From Dipteris shenzhenensis (lineage: Eukaryota): a stretch of 64,000 nucleotides of DNA. The position numbers and the translations under genes are program-made. The notes under the pieces are model-generated. The model saw nothing but the letters and a program-made list of their open reading frames with translations, ran no database searches and was not told the origin of the DNA. The stretch lies in NCBI GenBank assembly GCA_047967505.1, contig CM106538.1. The stretch is one strand, 5' to 3'. Of the stretch, positions 15,839 to 29,342 are shown one piece after another. Positions within the stretch are counted from its first letter, which is position 1; each line of letters starts with the position of its first letter.

Positions 15839-17899
15839 GTCAGAGATGTTGAGGGGGGTGTTGATGCTGAGGGCGCTGTCAGGAGGAAAAACAATGGTGG
15901 ACAGACTTGGGGATGTAAGGACTCATGAGTTCAACATTCAAGGATGCAAAATATGAAGAAAATGCACAAAAATGTATTGGCCGCATTCACCTAATGCTGA
16001 CCGTGAATGTGAGTGGGTGCATTGGAATACCAAGGCATGTGAGTGATATGCCTACCATACAAACTCACCTAGATCTGGACTTGATGATCGTGCACCTTAA
16101 GGGGGCGAGGGGTCAATTACGTGGAATAAAATGGGCTTGAATGCCAAGTAGCAACATACTTTGTCCATCAGCTAGGTAAAGCATGTGCTGAGTTTGTGCA
16201 TCATCTTGGTTGCCTGGTGTGTATCGACATTGTGGCATTCACTTTGATGGACCTCTCTTGGAATAAGGCACGCGGGTTCTTGTGTGGCTATATCTGAAGC
16301 ATGGGTAGGTTCTTATTCTTATTGTACCGTAGCCTTTGATTTGATAGGAGGAGTAGGTCTGCGTGATAGCGTGGGTGCTCCCCTAAGTATGGTAACTTCC
16401 GATGGTGTTCACATGGGCTTGGATGAAGGTTCTTGTGTAACTACCCCACTTTTAGGGGTCGGTTCTTGTGTTGCTTCCTCGATAACCTTGGCGACTTTCT
16501 CATTGAGTAATAATATACATGGAATCATGATATTCTTTGGGTCCACGGAATTGTTCATCGTGCTAGGCTCGAGGCTAGGTTCTTGTGGGGCTGCTTGATG
16601 CAAGTTCTTGTGTTACTACTTTATGAATCCCAGTGAGTTGAGGTTGTGTATTCGGTGTCATTGGAAGTTTTGGAACCCAAATGTATCGCTCGCCTTGATA
16701 GTAGCCTTGGGATTTTAGGAGCCTTGTCGCAACCCAATGCTTGTGAGACTTTTGCCCGTGGAGTGTTGGAATTTGTCCTTGCAGGCAAGGCAATTGGAGT
16801 TGTTGAGATGGAATTGCTCATGTTGGCACAGGTAAGAAGGGGTCGGAAACCCTTTCATAGCTTCAAACTTCCAAGGTTGTTGTCCTTTGTTAGAGTAGCA
16901 TTGTGCACGAGAGACAGCCTTGTGCACCCATAGTCCGCAGAATCTCTGGGTGGTGCTCATAGCATTAGGCGTGGGAAGTAGAGGTGGGAGGGTAGTTTGC
17001 AGCAAGGGTTTGCTTTTATTGAGATTAGGGTTAGGACTTCGAGCAGCATTTGGATGGATTTCCTTCTAAGGCTTGGACCAAGGGGCATTGGAGGCCTCTA
17101 GAGCTTACATATGGGTTCCACCAGTAATTATCCACCTATTAGCAGTGATGGGTAGACCCTAACATTGCCATGTCTCAAGTAACAAATGTACTAAGTGTTA
17201 TCAAGTCTAAGAGTGTGGGGAACTTTAAACATGACTGCAACATCTTTAGTGCAATGGAGGTGCACATGCTTTTCATTGAAATGCATGTTTGCACCACGTT
17301 TATACACATTGGCATTTCAACATATCAACATGCATGGTATTTTTGGGTTTAATTATCTTATTATATCTTGCTAATTGGCTTCCCCAACTGAAGAGGATTC
17401 AAAGTAAATTAACGAGCATAAAGAGCAGAGCATAGGAATAAGACAAGGGAAGGTGTAAAGAAGATTAGAGTGACTAATGAGGAAGTCCCTTGATTTATGA
17501 GGGGAGGGGGGCTCTTCTCACTTATCTATGAAGGCAAATGTTTTAAGACAATTTTTATTCTATATCTTTCATAGCATCTTCATGTACCCTAGTGTTAAGA
17601 GCTCATGAGTCTGTAATGGATGTCTTGAGTTAAGTCCCCCTTTGCATTAAATCTTGAAGCTATCCTTTGACCTTAACTTAATTGGGATCTCAAGGGGAGT
17701 TATTATATGTAAACCCTTAATATCACATGCACTCAAGGCCTAACTTTTAAATCACTTATCTATGAATATTTTATTATTACAAGATACCCTTTGTCTATAC
17801 AAATCTAGTATAACTTGTCTTCTAAATGTTCCAATAATTTGTTGAGATTAACAACATTTAGGAGATGCTCAATTTTTCTCCTCCTCCACTCCCTTTTGG

Positions 17900-20060
17900 A
17901 TGGCGTCCCCCTTACCCCTGGTGGAAGCCTTCAGGATTTTGGAACTTCAGAGCTTCGAACCTAAAGGGGGCTCTTCCATGGTACTCATGGAACTAGCTAG
18001 AGAGGTAATTCTACTCAGTCGAGATCCCCAATTAGAGGAAAACTCATGGTAGGCAGTAGTGGCACCCACATATATTAGCCAATGGAGGTTTGATTTGACC
18101 CTTATTGCCCCCCTACTCACCTCATGAGGTTTGAGCATGTTAAACATTTTGAGGGGCACCACTGTATTCAACTCTTCATGCTTAGGGGTTGTTATTTGGA
18201 ACCCTATTCTTTCTGGGACATCAATGTTTTCCAAAATGTGCATCTAATTTTGAGAGAATTTTGGCTCAGGGAGAGAGGCATACAAAAACTCATCTACCTC
18301 CTTCCCATCACTCTCTCTCTCACAAGTTTGGAACTGTTTCAAGGATGCGGTCCTATCCATTGTGTCATATTCCATGGCAAATTGGTGGCCTAACCGTGGG
18401 TGGGACTTGTACGTGTGCAAGTCCACTCGTGCGATTTGCTCCTCATGATATAAAAGATGTCCATGGGCTAATCATATACGAGTTCTGACATTTTCAGGAA
18501 GGGCCAACCTAGGATGGCTTCATATCCGAGCTACTAGGTGAAGTCCATAACCACAAATTGAACAGGGTACGTGAAGCTAAACACCTTAATGTTAATACCT
18601 ATGAGAACTCCTAGGGGTTCAGCAGTTCCACCATCGGCAAGCTTTACTACCAAATGCTTTTGCCTGAGGAAAGCTCTTCCCGGCCTCTCCCAACATTATT
18701 TGGTGTAGACACTCACACATGCTTGCCCACATCCAGGATAGCATCAACCTTTTGGTTCCGGTAGGTTATGGCGATAGATGCATTAATGACATCACCTTCA
18801 AAGTATTGGCCTAACTTATTAATGGGGACCTTAGATAGGCTCCAACCCTCCTCCTGTGGTGGGTTGTATGCAGGTTTGGTAGGACCATGGGCCAGGATTT
18901 GTCAGTTCATCCAGTTTGAGAGGTCTCACTAGAAAATAGGATTCCCCCTTAACAAGGATGCAATTGGCATCTTGACCTCTAAGGAGAGGAAGGCCACTAA
19001 CCTGACAATATCATGTGGTTCCTGAGAGGTCTCCCTCCCCACCGATAGTGGCTCCTCGAAGCCTTAGAGGTCTTCCTCCTCTCTTAGGTTCTATAACACT
19101 CGGTCCTCTTGAAACATCAGTGCATCAAGTCTAGTGGGTGGTTCCTCTTCTTCCACTCTCTCTAGCACCCTAAGTGCCTTTGCCCCCCTATGAGTAGTCA
19201 AGTGGTCTATGTGGATGATATCGGACCCTATGTTGACCTTGAACCTATGCTCGGATTTCTCTTGGCATTCCCATATCAAATTTTGGGTGTCTATTAAGTA
19301 TTGTTTCTCTAAGGTTGGGTCTGGATATGCTCCCTTATAAGAAGGTGGAGATGTGAGGCCTTAAGCCCACATTGGCTTTTTTACATCCAGATATAGGGGC
19401 ATACTAGGATCATCCCAGGAAAAGGCTTGTCCGAATGTAGAGGAGTTGGTGAGGGTGGTTGTCTCCTCATCTAAACCATCTTGGATAACCACTTGATTCT
19501 TTCGTTCACCCACCCTGGTGACCTTCTTGGACTTGGTCTGCAGGGGCTGGGGTGACTCTGGAATTTGAGACGTGGGAGTCCTGGCAAGGAAGTCTGCAGG
19601 GGCTGGGGTGACTTAGGAATTTGAGACTTGGGAGTCCTGTCCTTCCTTGTTGCCTGCTTCTTCATTTCCTTGCCTAGGGCCTTTAAGTGCATCCTTGTGA
19701 TGAAATTCAAGGAAACTACCACTAATTGACCTTATTCAATGCTTAGTAAATTGATGCTAGTGCTCTTCAATGGGGTGATCGGAGTCTTTGGTCTCCTTAA
19801 GGGACAATCCTTGAATCAATGCTCCACTCTACATCCAACACATAAGGGCATAGGACTCATTGTGGGTGGGACCATAGGGGTAAGATCCTTGCATGGGCAG
19901 TCCTTTAAAAAGTGCGGCCCTTGGCGTTTAAAACATGACACAGGGGGGTTTGTTACACCCATATATGGACATTTGCTTGCCCTATGTGGACCTTGACATG
20001 TATGGCATTGGATCAGGGGCCTTCGCACCAAAAAATTCATGTCTCTTCCCCTCATGACCA
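17900..20060 (-). mobile_element. Degenerate Ty3/gypsy gag-protease region
   Basis: Three zinc-knuckle-like motifs (CHTCQGPHRASKC, CFKRQGPHFLKDC, CVGCRVEH.FKDC) at about 19800-20010. Aspartic protease VDAILDVG..VKLADGGTAEPLG..PVQFVVMDF at about 18540-18750. Boundaries approximate. Confidence 0.7.
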
Positions 20061-20818
20061 TGGCACTATCTGATATACTGGAACATGCTAATCCTCATGT
20101 AAAAGGTAGTGGCTTATGATGCCACTTCCCTCCTCATAAGGATGATAGTCAGGATGTCCATGATCATGCTCAAGCTCTTTCCCAGTCATTAGGTAGTTCT
20201 TCCACCAATACTTGGTTGACTGGAGTTATACGAGGCAGGGGCAGTTGTGGAGCTAGTATGGGTAGTGATAATGGAGCATGTTGTGCCCTGGATTGGCTAA
20301 AGGGGCTCCTTGCACATTCATCGGGTGGGGTGGGACAATCAGGGCCAATTGGAGCCTCAGTTGGTAGATCGATCGAGGAAGGACGTTCGCGAATTGGCAT
20401 TGAGAGATATCATGGCTCCCCCATCTATAGTAGTGTGCACCGTAGAGGGCTTGCCTTGCTCTGAGGCGGGGGCACTCATTTGAGAGGGGTGATTGCTGTT
20501 CCATACCTCACACCACCCATTGTCTCTTCTCGGGAATAAGTGAGGGCTAGTCAGTGTTTCCTTGGAGGTTCCTGCCTCATTTTGAAATTAGTGCAAATAG
20601 TCACCTATGTCCAAAGGACCATGTGAAGATTTGGAAACCTTTAGCATATTTGCCATCCAAGCAAATTATGGGGATGGATGCCAAGCTTTACCGGTCACTG
20701 CCAAGCGCCCTGACAATTTTGTGAGCCTAGTAGTGCATGGGAGATGCCACCATGAAACCTTTATAAGGTCAAGGGTTCTAATTTTGGGGACACAGCTTGC
20801 AGAGGGTAACGAACACTT

Positions 20819-20886
<68 letters not shown>

Positions 20887-22199
20887 CCGCGTGCACACGT
20901 GCAAACCCTACAATGAAGGCTTTTCACAACACCTCTTGGTTGACTTTCTCCTTCGGGCTAAGGGCCCTATACCATTAGCCTACCTTGCCATCTAGGTTGA
21001 GGCCAAATGCATTAACCATTTCCAGATCTCCAGGAGCACCGAATGCTTCACATATTTGCTCAAATCGCCCCACGTGGGAGATCGGATCCCCTCCCCGAGA
21101 AATTTAGTTATCAGCTTGGATATGGCTATGGATTAACTCTTAGAGGGATTGGTTTCTTCCCTGTGGGAAATACGGGTACAGTCAAGGGTGGAGAGGCCCC
21201 CCTTCCTAGTGCATCCACTAGGATGCACATTGCATCATCTGATAGCACTATTTGGAAGCTTGTGGAGGCAGCACTATTGTGCAATGTGGACCTAATAGGG
21301 CGTAGAGGTGGGCCTCGAGCCTTGCTCGGATAGCGGGCTCCATTGGGTACCGGTACTGACATTGGGGATGTGCAGCCCTCTTCCTCGTATATTAGGACCG
21401 TAACTGTGGGAGTAAACTATAGAGCTCCATGAGGAAGTGGGTTACCAGGCATCTGCATGGTTGGTACTGTAGGGTGGAACTTGCAAGAGCACATAGCCGG
21501 CAAATGTTAGGGGCACCTGGAAGGTCAAAGGTTCATAAGAGTTCCCCCATTGGAAATCCTGTGAGTTTCCAAGGCTGGGTTTTGTCTCACAAAGTCCCTC
21601 ATCCATGATTCTTCGTCTTCCATGCACTGTGAGTCAGGGTGCCCCTTAAAGGCTATGGGTCCCAAGTCCATAAAGACGGCCTCAATCCCTGCTTATGGCT
21701 CAAGAACTGGGTGTCGTTAGCCTCCCTTTTTCATGGGCATTCTTGTGAAAGGGTTCTCCATTTCTACTGAATCCAATCACCATCCAAACATGTTGGATAT
21801 AGTCCCCCTTAATCTGGAGGCTACAAAAAGAGAAAGGAAATGAGGTGGAGCTATGCTCGTGTAGGGGGCTTCGGAGCCCTCGAGCCAGTGGATTCTTTCA
21901 TTTCCTCATTCAAGCTCTCGATCTCGTCTGAACTAGAGGGACCACTACGTTGGGGCCCCAACACTGAGTGAGAGCTGGGAATTGAACATCTTATTGGAGC
22001 TGAACCAAAAGTGGGGCAAAAGTTAGGTTGTGAATAGTTCAAACCAATATCCTTGGACTCGAGTTCAGGCTCCTTGGACAAAATTCTCCCAAACCTCAAG
22101 TGCATGTATGAGATCATTGATGTGCGGGTACACCCTGGTTCAAATTCAATTCTATTATTTTTGTCAGAGAATCTATTCCTAGAGCTATCCCTCGGGTTG

Positions 22200-22660
22200 G
22201 GGGGTCAGCTGTATGCCAGCAGGTCATAGGGATAGTCTTAAGGTGACGGTTGGTGGAATAGCAGTTGACACGTGTTGACGGGTTAGGTTGAGGTTGGTAT
22301 GCCTCCGAGTTGGTGGGTTAAATTTAAAGCAATAGGCGGTGGGATATTCAAGTCAATAGGATGTAAGTATGGCAACGGTTGTAGGATTAGCATTGAAGCA
22401 ACGGGTGACGGGATGGCTTGCCTCGAAGGGATACCAAAATGGCACTGCTCAGAGGCTTAGTTATATGCCAATGGGTCGTAGGGATAGTCTTAAGGCACCG
22501 GGTCAACGCCTATTAGTAGGATGGCGGGATAGCAAACCCTGACACGTCATAAATAAGGCGGTGGGTTAGGTGATTGACTTGTGTCAGGTCGGTGGGATAG
22601 AGCTAAGGCGATGGGTTGTGGGGATAGCGAGCTAAGGTGATGGGTCGTTGGGATAGGAAT
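22200..22660. repeat. Degenerate GGGATAG-containing short-repeat array, probably non-coding retroelement sequence
   Basis: Recurrent GGGTCGTAGGGATAG / GGTGGGATAG / CTAAGGCGATGGG units. Confidence 0.6.
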
Positions 22661-23509
22661 TATCTGGGAACACGCTGTGTCACCAGCTCCCTTTTGATGA
22701 TTCCTGGTGGTTATCCAACTTTTGTTCCAAGTTTTTGTGCCTGGGGGGTTTGTTAAGGACCTAAACTACCTACCAAAAACAAAAAACATCACAAAACAAT
22801 AACTTTTGGCACCCAATCAAGTGGTTTCTACAAGTTGGACTGTCAAGCACCCAAAACCACTTCCTTGTATAAGCAAACATTGAAAAACAAGCTCAAATGC
22901 ATGACAATGGCTTTATGGATAGAAAGTTGAAAAGTGAGCTTTCCTACTCTAAAATCACTCTTTCTTCACTAGTTTCTGCTTCCAATCCACTCCTAATCTC
23001 GCTAAAAAGGCCTAAGGACATGTACAATGGGTAGTTTATGGGAGGGAGCTAAACAAATGCAAAAGCATACTCGTATCTCCGTGGCGGTGGTGACAAAGAT
23101 GTGTTGTCTAGCAAAGGCACACGGGTGCTGGAAGTGTGCTGACTAAGCTCCTCACTCCCGTGCAACTCCTTGTGGGAGCATTGCATAGTAAATCCTTCAC
23201 TCATGTCACTTGAGTGTCAACCGGATCATTGCAATGGGGTTTCCATTGAGAAGAAGGGAGAGAGAAAGAGAGAGAGAGAGGAGGGGGAGGGAAGAAGGGA
23301 AGGGGAGGGAGAAAGAGAAGAAGGTGAAGGGGGATCGTGGCAAACACCAAAGGCAAACAAGGAGAGCAAGCAAACCTCAATCTCAACACATGAGCAAGAA
23401 GAAAGCTTGTGTTTCTCAAAGGTTGCATACAACAATGAAGACCAAAGTCAACCACTTGGCCTTTAATACAAGTCACCTTTTCAAGGGAAGGCCAACCCTA
23501 TTCCTTGTA

Positions 23510-23550
<41 letters not shown>

Positions 23551-23789
23551 ACAACCACTTGGGCCCGTATGGTGCGAAGGCATATGCTGATTCTCACAAC
23601 CTTCCCTTTGTCTTCAAATGGCTCTTGTGTTATCCATATATGGGATCCAAATGGCTCTTGTGTTATCCTTGCCAATTTGGGTGATCCTGATGACTACTGC
23701 GATCCTGAGCCATTTGCCACTCAAAACTTGTAGGGTTTGGGCAGGCAGATCTGTTATCTTGTTCCATGGCTGTTAACAAAGGCAAAACC

Positions 23790-26700
23790 ATGAAAAAAAC
23801 CTAAAATAATTTGCTTTACCAACTACAAGCAAATCAATGATCCTGAAAACTACTACAAAGTGCTATGTATTATGTTCTTTCCAAATCACGATCTTGAGCC
23901 AACACTTAATGAAAGTACCCCTACATGGCATGATATGTACAATGACAACAAACATATCATAGACCCAAACAAGGAAAAATTCAACAAGCTTATTCCCAAA
24001 TTTTCTATAAATTTAACAAGTACCTCTAATACTTCCATCCTCAAGTAATCAATATACATTCAGAAACATTGATACATATGACATTGGAATCAACATGCCA
24101 AATCCAAAAAAACCAAATCAAATCCATAATGGATCCTTACTAACCTACAAACTTGTGCCAAAAATTGAGTATTACATTACCTTTAAAAAACTCAACATTG
24201 AACAACACCTAATTTTGGAATACGTCATGATAAAAAAAAGAATCAATCCAGCAAAACGGTTCCATCTTTTCTCTGTCAGGGAATGTTAGAATAGGTAAAA
24301 ATTTTACACTAACGGCCATGGTTCAAGCCCTTCTAAGGAATTACTCACACAAACAAAGATACAATATGGAATTTCCAAAAGTTCTTTTACTAGCTTACAC
24401 TGACAAAACTGCATTCAATATTGTTGGCACAACAATACATTCAGCTTTGCATTTACCACTAATAGCATCCCACTATGCAAGTCTTTCCAGAGAAAAGTTG
24501 CAAGAACTATCGCAATTGTACAGGGACCTTCAACTAGCTGTTTGTTATGAAGTCTCCCTCATTGGTCATAGTACATTAATTGCAGCAGATATGCATCTAT
24601 GGCAAATCAAGCACAACCACTTCCAACCATTTGGAGGACTTGATGTTCTCTTACGTGGGGATCTATGCCAAGCTATCCCAACAAAAGATTCATGGATTTT
24701 CGTGGAGCAATCAACAAACACATCACCGATGACATCTTTTTGGAAAGATAATGTCTTACTCTATGACACAATAAGGACCAGGCAATACACATTGATTGAC
24801 ATCTCCTACACAAATGAACACTACTTAAGAAAACCATTGCAAAAACAAAATATTCCCCCCTTCTACACTAATGCTGGAAAAAATACCCCATGCTGTCAGC
24901 CATATGTAATCTTGAACCTTGCAAAGCCAAAGGTGATCAACTTTGGCAATCTCTATGGACAACCTTTGAAGGTATTAAAAGCCAAATTGTCTTCTCTGGC
25001 AAAGGGGCTTTTATGTCACTAGACTCAATTTTGATCTCTATTATACTTAAGGAGGCTGTTCTCTATGATGGAGAGTTTGCTATGGCTTCTGAGCTCTTCA
25101 AGAAAGGACTGCAGTGTTGGGGTCAGCTATGGAGCAGAGATGAGGTCAGGTGGAAAACGTGGATAGAGATTAGGAGGGAGTTTAGATTAAATAATCAAAA
25201 CTAGATGTTGATCATGAACAGAATCCACCTCTCAGAGGGCAATCAGCAATGGAAAGGTGGATCTTTTTTGGTCTACAGCAAAAAGTTCAGTTACTTCCTT
25301 CTTCCCTAATCCTACCCCTGCCAAGGGTATAGGGGATCTTTTCATCGTCCTTAAACTAGATGGAAACTGCAGGATTCTAGGGGCAATTGGAAATTCAGAT
25401 TCTGTAGCATCTGGTCAAGCTCAATCCTTGAGAAAATGTATGCCCTGCTTTGGCTAATAATGCAAAAGTTGTTTGGACCAACAGTAGAGGACTGAGAATT
25501 GGAAAGGGAAATGGCAAGTGCAAGAGATGTCCCTCTGTAGAGGAAGATGTCTTCCACCTCTTTGTTGCCTATCCAGCTACTAGAAAGGTTTGGGAAATAG
25601 TTCAATATGAAACAGGAGAGCCCATCAATTGGAAAGCTATTCTGTTAGGGGACTCCTCAAAGACAAAGCAAGAGATATGGGCACCCATTAGAGCACATGC
25701 ACTATGGTTTACTTGGATAGCCAGAAATAATTTTCAATTTGACCAACTTGAGTTGCATGCTGATAAACTTTATCTCAATTGGATGCACAGGACCAAACGA
25801 AAATTGTAGAACTCAGTTCAGATCTGATGCTGCCCTATTTAATGCTTATCTTCAAGACCATGTACAAAGATGCTTTGCGATGGACAACACTACCCCCTTT
25901 GAAATCCCTGCTGAATTTACTTATTTTCTTAAGTAGATCCAGCCTCCAACTGTGAAGAAGGAAACAGGTTCACAGAGCGAAGCTCATGTTGCTACCTCAG
26001 ATGACTCTGACAATACTGGGGACTCATCTGATATGTGTTTCAGATACTCTAACTACTTTATTGATGATGGTATAGATGATACAGATGATTCACTAGTACC
26101 CACCTTTTAATTTTGCCTATGGACAAACTCATAAGTTTCCAAAAATTTTAGGTTTTGTCATAAGTATATTGCTGAAGAAACTTCTCCCCATGGGGGTTGG
26201 CTTTTCTACTCTAAAGACTATGTACTGATATAATATATTATAAACTTTTTTCTACCCAAAAAATAAAGACATTCACAACAAAGAAGTGTAAGTGTTTGAC
26301 TATCCATATATATTGACAAAAGACACAAGACATGCAACAAAACCATAACAATACCAACAAATCCAAAAGACAAAGCAAGCTTGCACAAAGCACTACATTT
26401 GAAACTAGGAATGATTATTGAAGTTTGCTCTAGCAACTTGGACATTCTTGATGGGTTGGTGATTGGTGCAGATTGGATATTCAAACACTCAGACACAACC
26501 ATAGAACCCCATGTTGCTTGGGTTTTGTTTAACAACAAAAACATAAGAAGACAAGCTCGCTTCAATAACTCATCTCTTCACAATGACAACATTCCATCCG
26601 CCTAGACTCTAATACATCCAATTACAAAAGAATTTCGAATAGGCAAGAACAACTTGAACACAATTTCCTGATGCCAATTTCCCATACAACCCGCTGTAGC

Positions 26701-27593
26701 TAGAACAATTCATCGTTCGCACAGGGACTATCCATGGATTGCCTAGTGTTTGACCCCTCTTTCATCCAAAACACATGGCCTAGCATACACATCCCTATCA
26801 CACATACACAACCCAAAACCTTTTTCTCATCAATCCACTAGAACCAAAACACATCAAAGTAGATAACAAGTTCTACAAAAGATTGAATACTTGCAAAGCG
26901 AAAAAAAAACTTCTCAAACCAACAAAGCCAACACAAAACATTGCAATCCCTCAATACACGAGCCTACATTCACATTGTGAAGGTATACTTAACGACAAAA
27001 GTCTCCTAAGTGCCACAATCCTATGCTTCAAGAATTGCATAACAAAACATCAAATAAGCTCTTCTTACCTAAATTCACATGCTTGCAAAAGATAAATGGT
27101 GTCAGAATTGCAACTTGCTACAAGACGTACACTTGCAAGACGAAGAATACATCCATGAAAAAGGTTGTGCATGCTTGTGCTAATAATTTTTGCAAATAAT
27201 AGTTCTAACAAAATTGCCATCATCAATGTGTACAAATCACCCTCATCACCTCAATGTGTACAAATCACACTCAACATCACCTTATCACTTCTATCTTTTC
27301 TAGAAAATCTTCTAAACAAAATACAAGCAACAACACCAACAACAATCATAGGAGACTTCGACATAAACTACAATAACTCAAACACTACCACAACACAACT
27401 TTGTACATGCAAGACACACCAAAAATTGACACAATTGATTCATCAACCAACAACTATACATGGGTCGACTATTGACCACATATGGACCAACACCCCACAA
27501 CAACACAAAATGTTTGTAACTGACTTCAATTATTGGTTTGACCACTCTCTTATTTACACAAACCTACATCTCCTTGCAGGGCAAGCCTTCTGA
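23790..27593 (+). mobile_element. Decayed rolling-circle element (Helentron-type): PIF1 helicase plus C-terminal AP/EEP endonuclease
   Basis: DPENYY..MFFP; LNIEQ; decayed Walker A near 24275-24310; LLAYTDKTAFNIVGTTIHSAL; YEVSLIG; FGGLDVLLRGDLCQ; LKLGMIIE..NLDILDGLVIGA; QFPIQPAVARTIHRS. Then VYKSP, IIGDFDIN, PTTIHGSTIDHIWTN and WFDHSLI (EEP motifs). Split by a LINE. Confidence 0.8.
24873..26261 (+). mobile_element. 5'-truncated L1-type LINE (zf-RVT and 3' end) inserted in the helicase
   Basis: CKRCPSVEEDVFHLF..TRKVWE and LWFTWIARNN motifs, with an A-rich end at about 26258. Removing it rejoins the helicase as FYTN|KDIHN. Confidence 0.75.
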
Positions 27594-28928
27594 ATGTAAT
27601 TCACCTTTAAGTTGTTTAAACTATACATGTAATAGGATCCAAATGAAACTCAAATCCACCACATACGAAAAGGCCTCCACTACCATGTACATTTCTAGAA
27701 GTTGGCAACTTGTGTCTAGAAAATACCAATGTCCCCAACGAGCCTGAACAAGGTATGCTCCACTCCATCTGCTTCCACCATACCTTTTAGAGATCTCGCT
27801 GCTTCTATCACACGCTTCACTGCTTCGGTCGTCTATCACGCTACTTCTATCTTGCTGCTTCTATCACTCACAGCTTCAGCCATCTATCACACTACTTCTA
27901 TCTCGTTGCTTCTATCACTCGCTTCATTGCTTCCGCCATCTAGTGCATCAAACGCTCATCCGCATGCAAGTTAACTGTTGGTATTCCTACATTGTTGCAT
28001 TCCTGTGTTCAATCCATGCAATGCTTTACATCCATCCTCCTACAGATTGATCGTCGTTTTTACGTTCATCATTCGTTTTTCGTTGTTTGTTGATGCATTT
28101 CCGCCACTTGCTCACAGTTCGTAGCTTCCTGCATGCATTTTTGCACAGCCATTGCATCCAATGTCCCTGCCAACCAATTCTACATGATCCAATTCTAGTC
28201 TACTTTGAAGCAACACAGGGCAGTGATGCGGCAAGTCTATATGCATGGACTACCCCATGTATGTAACACTCTAGAAATTGGCACAAGAAGTGGTTAATCT
28301 CAACGGATTGTGATGTTTTAGAGTGATGGATAACACAAAAACTGTCATATACATTATGTTTTTATGAGACCACAAATTCACTTGATATACATGCATTTTT
28401 AGAGTTCTTAAGAGGTGATGACCAAACTAGCACCTCGTGGTCTCAATTGCTTCCCTCTCGTGTATTGTAGGTATTGCACCATGGCATACTCATTCCCCTT
28501 TTCGTTCCATGGGTTCCAACCCAATGGACAACCTCGCATGCACACCCAATGTTCTTCAGAGACTTCCATTGTAACGCCCGCTCCATCTACCATGCAACAG
28601 CACGGACTCTCCTCACCATCATTGCCTCCACAATTGCCAGGTTTTCCACGGATGCCGATCATGGACCTGAACACATTGACAATCAGGACTCCCTTTTTCC
28701 AGATGTTGATGTTGTGCCTTCATCACAGTACATAGCCATGGATTTGCCCTCTGCTCCACTTTCCACTCATGATTCCCACACACATGTTGTAGAGAATCCA
28801 CCACCCACTCACACAACATCCTCTCATGGCATTGAAAGCCAAACAGGCCTTCCTAGCCGAGAGGCAAAGGCCGAGCCTCGAAGCCTACCAAGTCCGCAAT
28901 ATTTGATAATGGAGATGGCAAAATGATA

Positions 28929-29342
28929 TGGACCATGTCAACTGTTGGTACTTTGTGTAAATGCAAATTCCTCTTTGACAAGCGTCACAAAGAGGGAGGG
29001 CTCATGCAAAAAATCAAGACTTTTGAGGAGCAATGGTAGAAGATTGCCCAAGATTGCGGCGAGGCGGGATTGCAAGTAAAGTGGGAGCAAGCCCGCGATA
29101 AACATTCCAAAATCTGGCCTCAATATCAATGGGTTTGCGACTATGAGGCAAACATACCTTCAGGAAAGTCCTCATACTGGTCTCTAACCCCAAAGCAACG
29201 TGTAGCTGAGGGAATGAAGGTGTCCAGGTTCATGCGCAAGCTATGGGATATCATGCATCCAATCTTCCATAGAAAGCGGTGCGTGGATCCAACTGCTAAT
29301 GTGTTCGACTCTTCCGCGGGCGGTATATGGATCTCTATTTAG
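28929..29342 (+). pseudogene. Myb/SANT-like trihelix domain pseudogene (SH4/ASR3-like pattern)
   Basis: W..CK..EQW*KIAQDC..G..WEQARDKHSKI..QY..VCDYE..SYWSLT..QR..F..KLWDIM, with an in-frame TAG at 29037. Confidence 0.65.
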
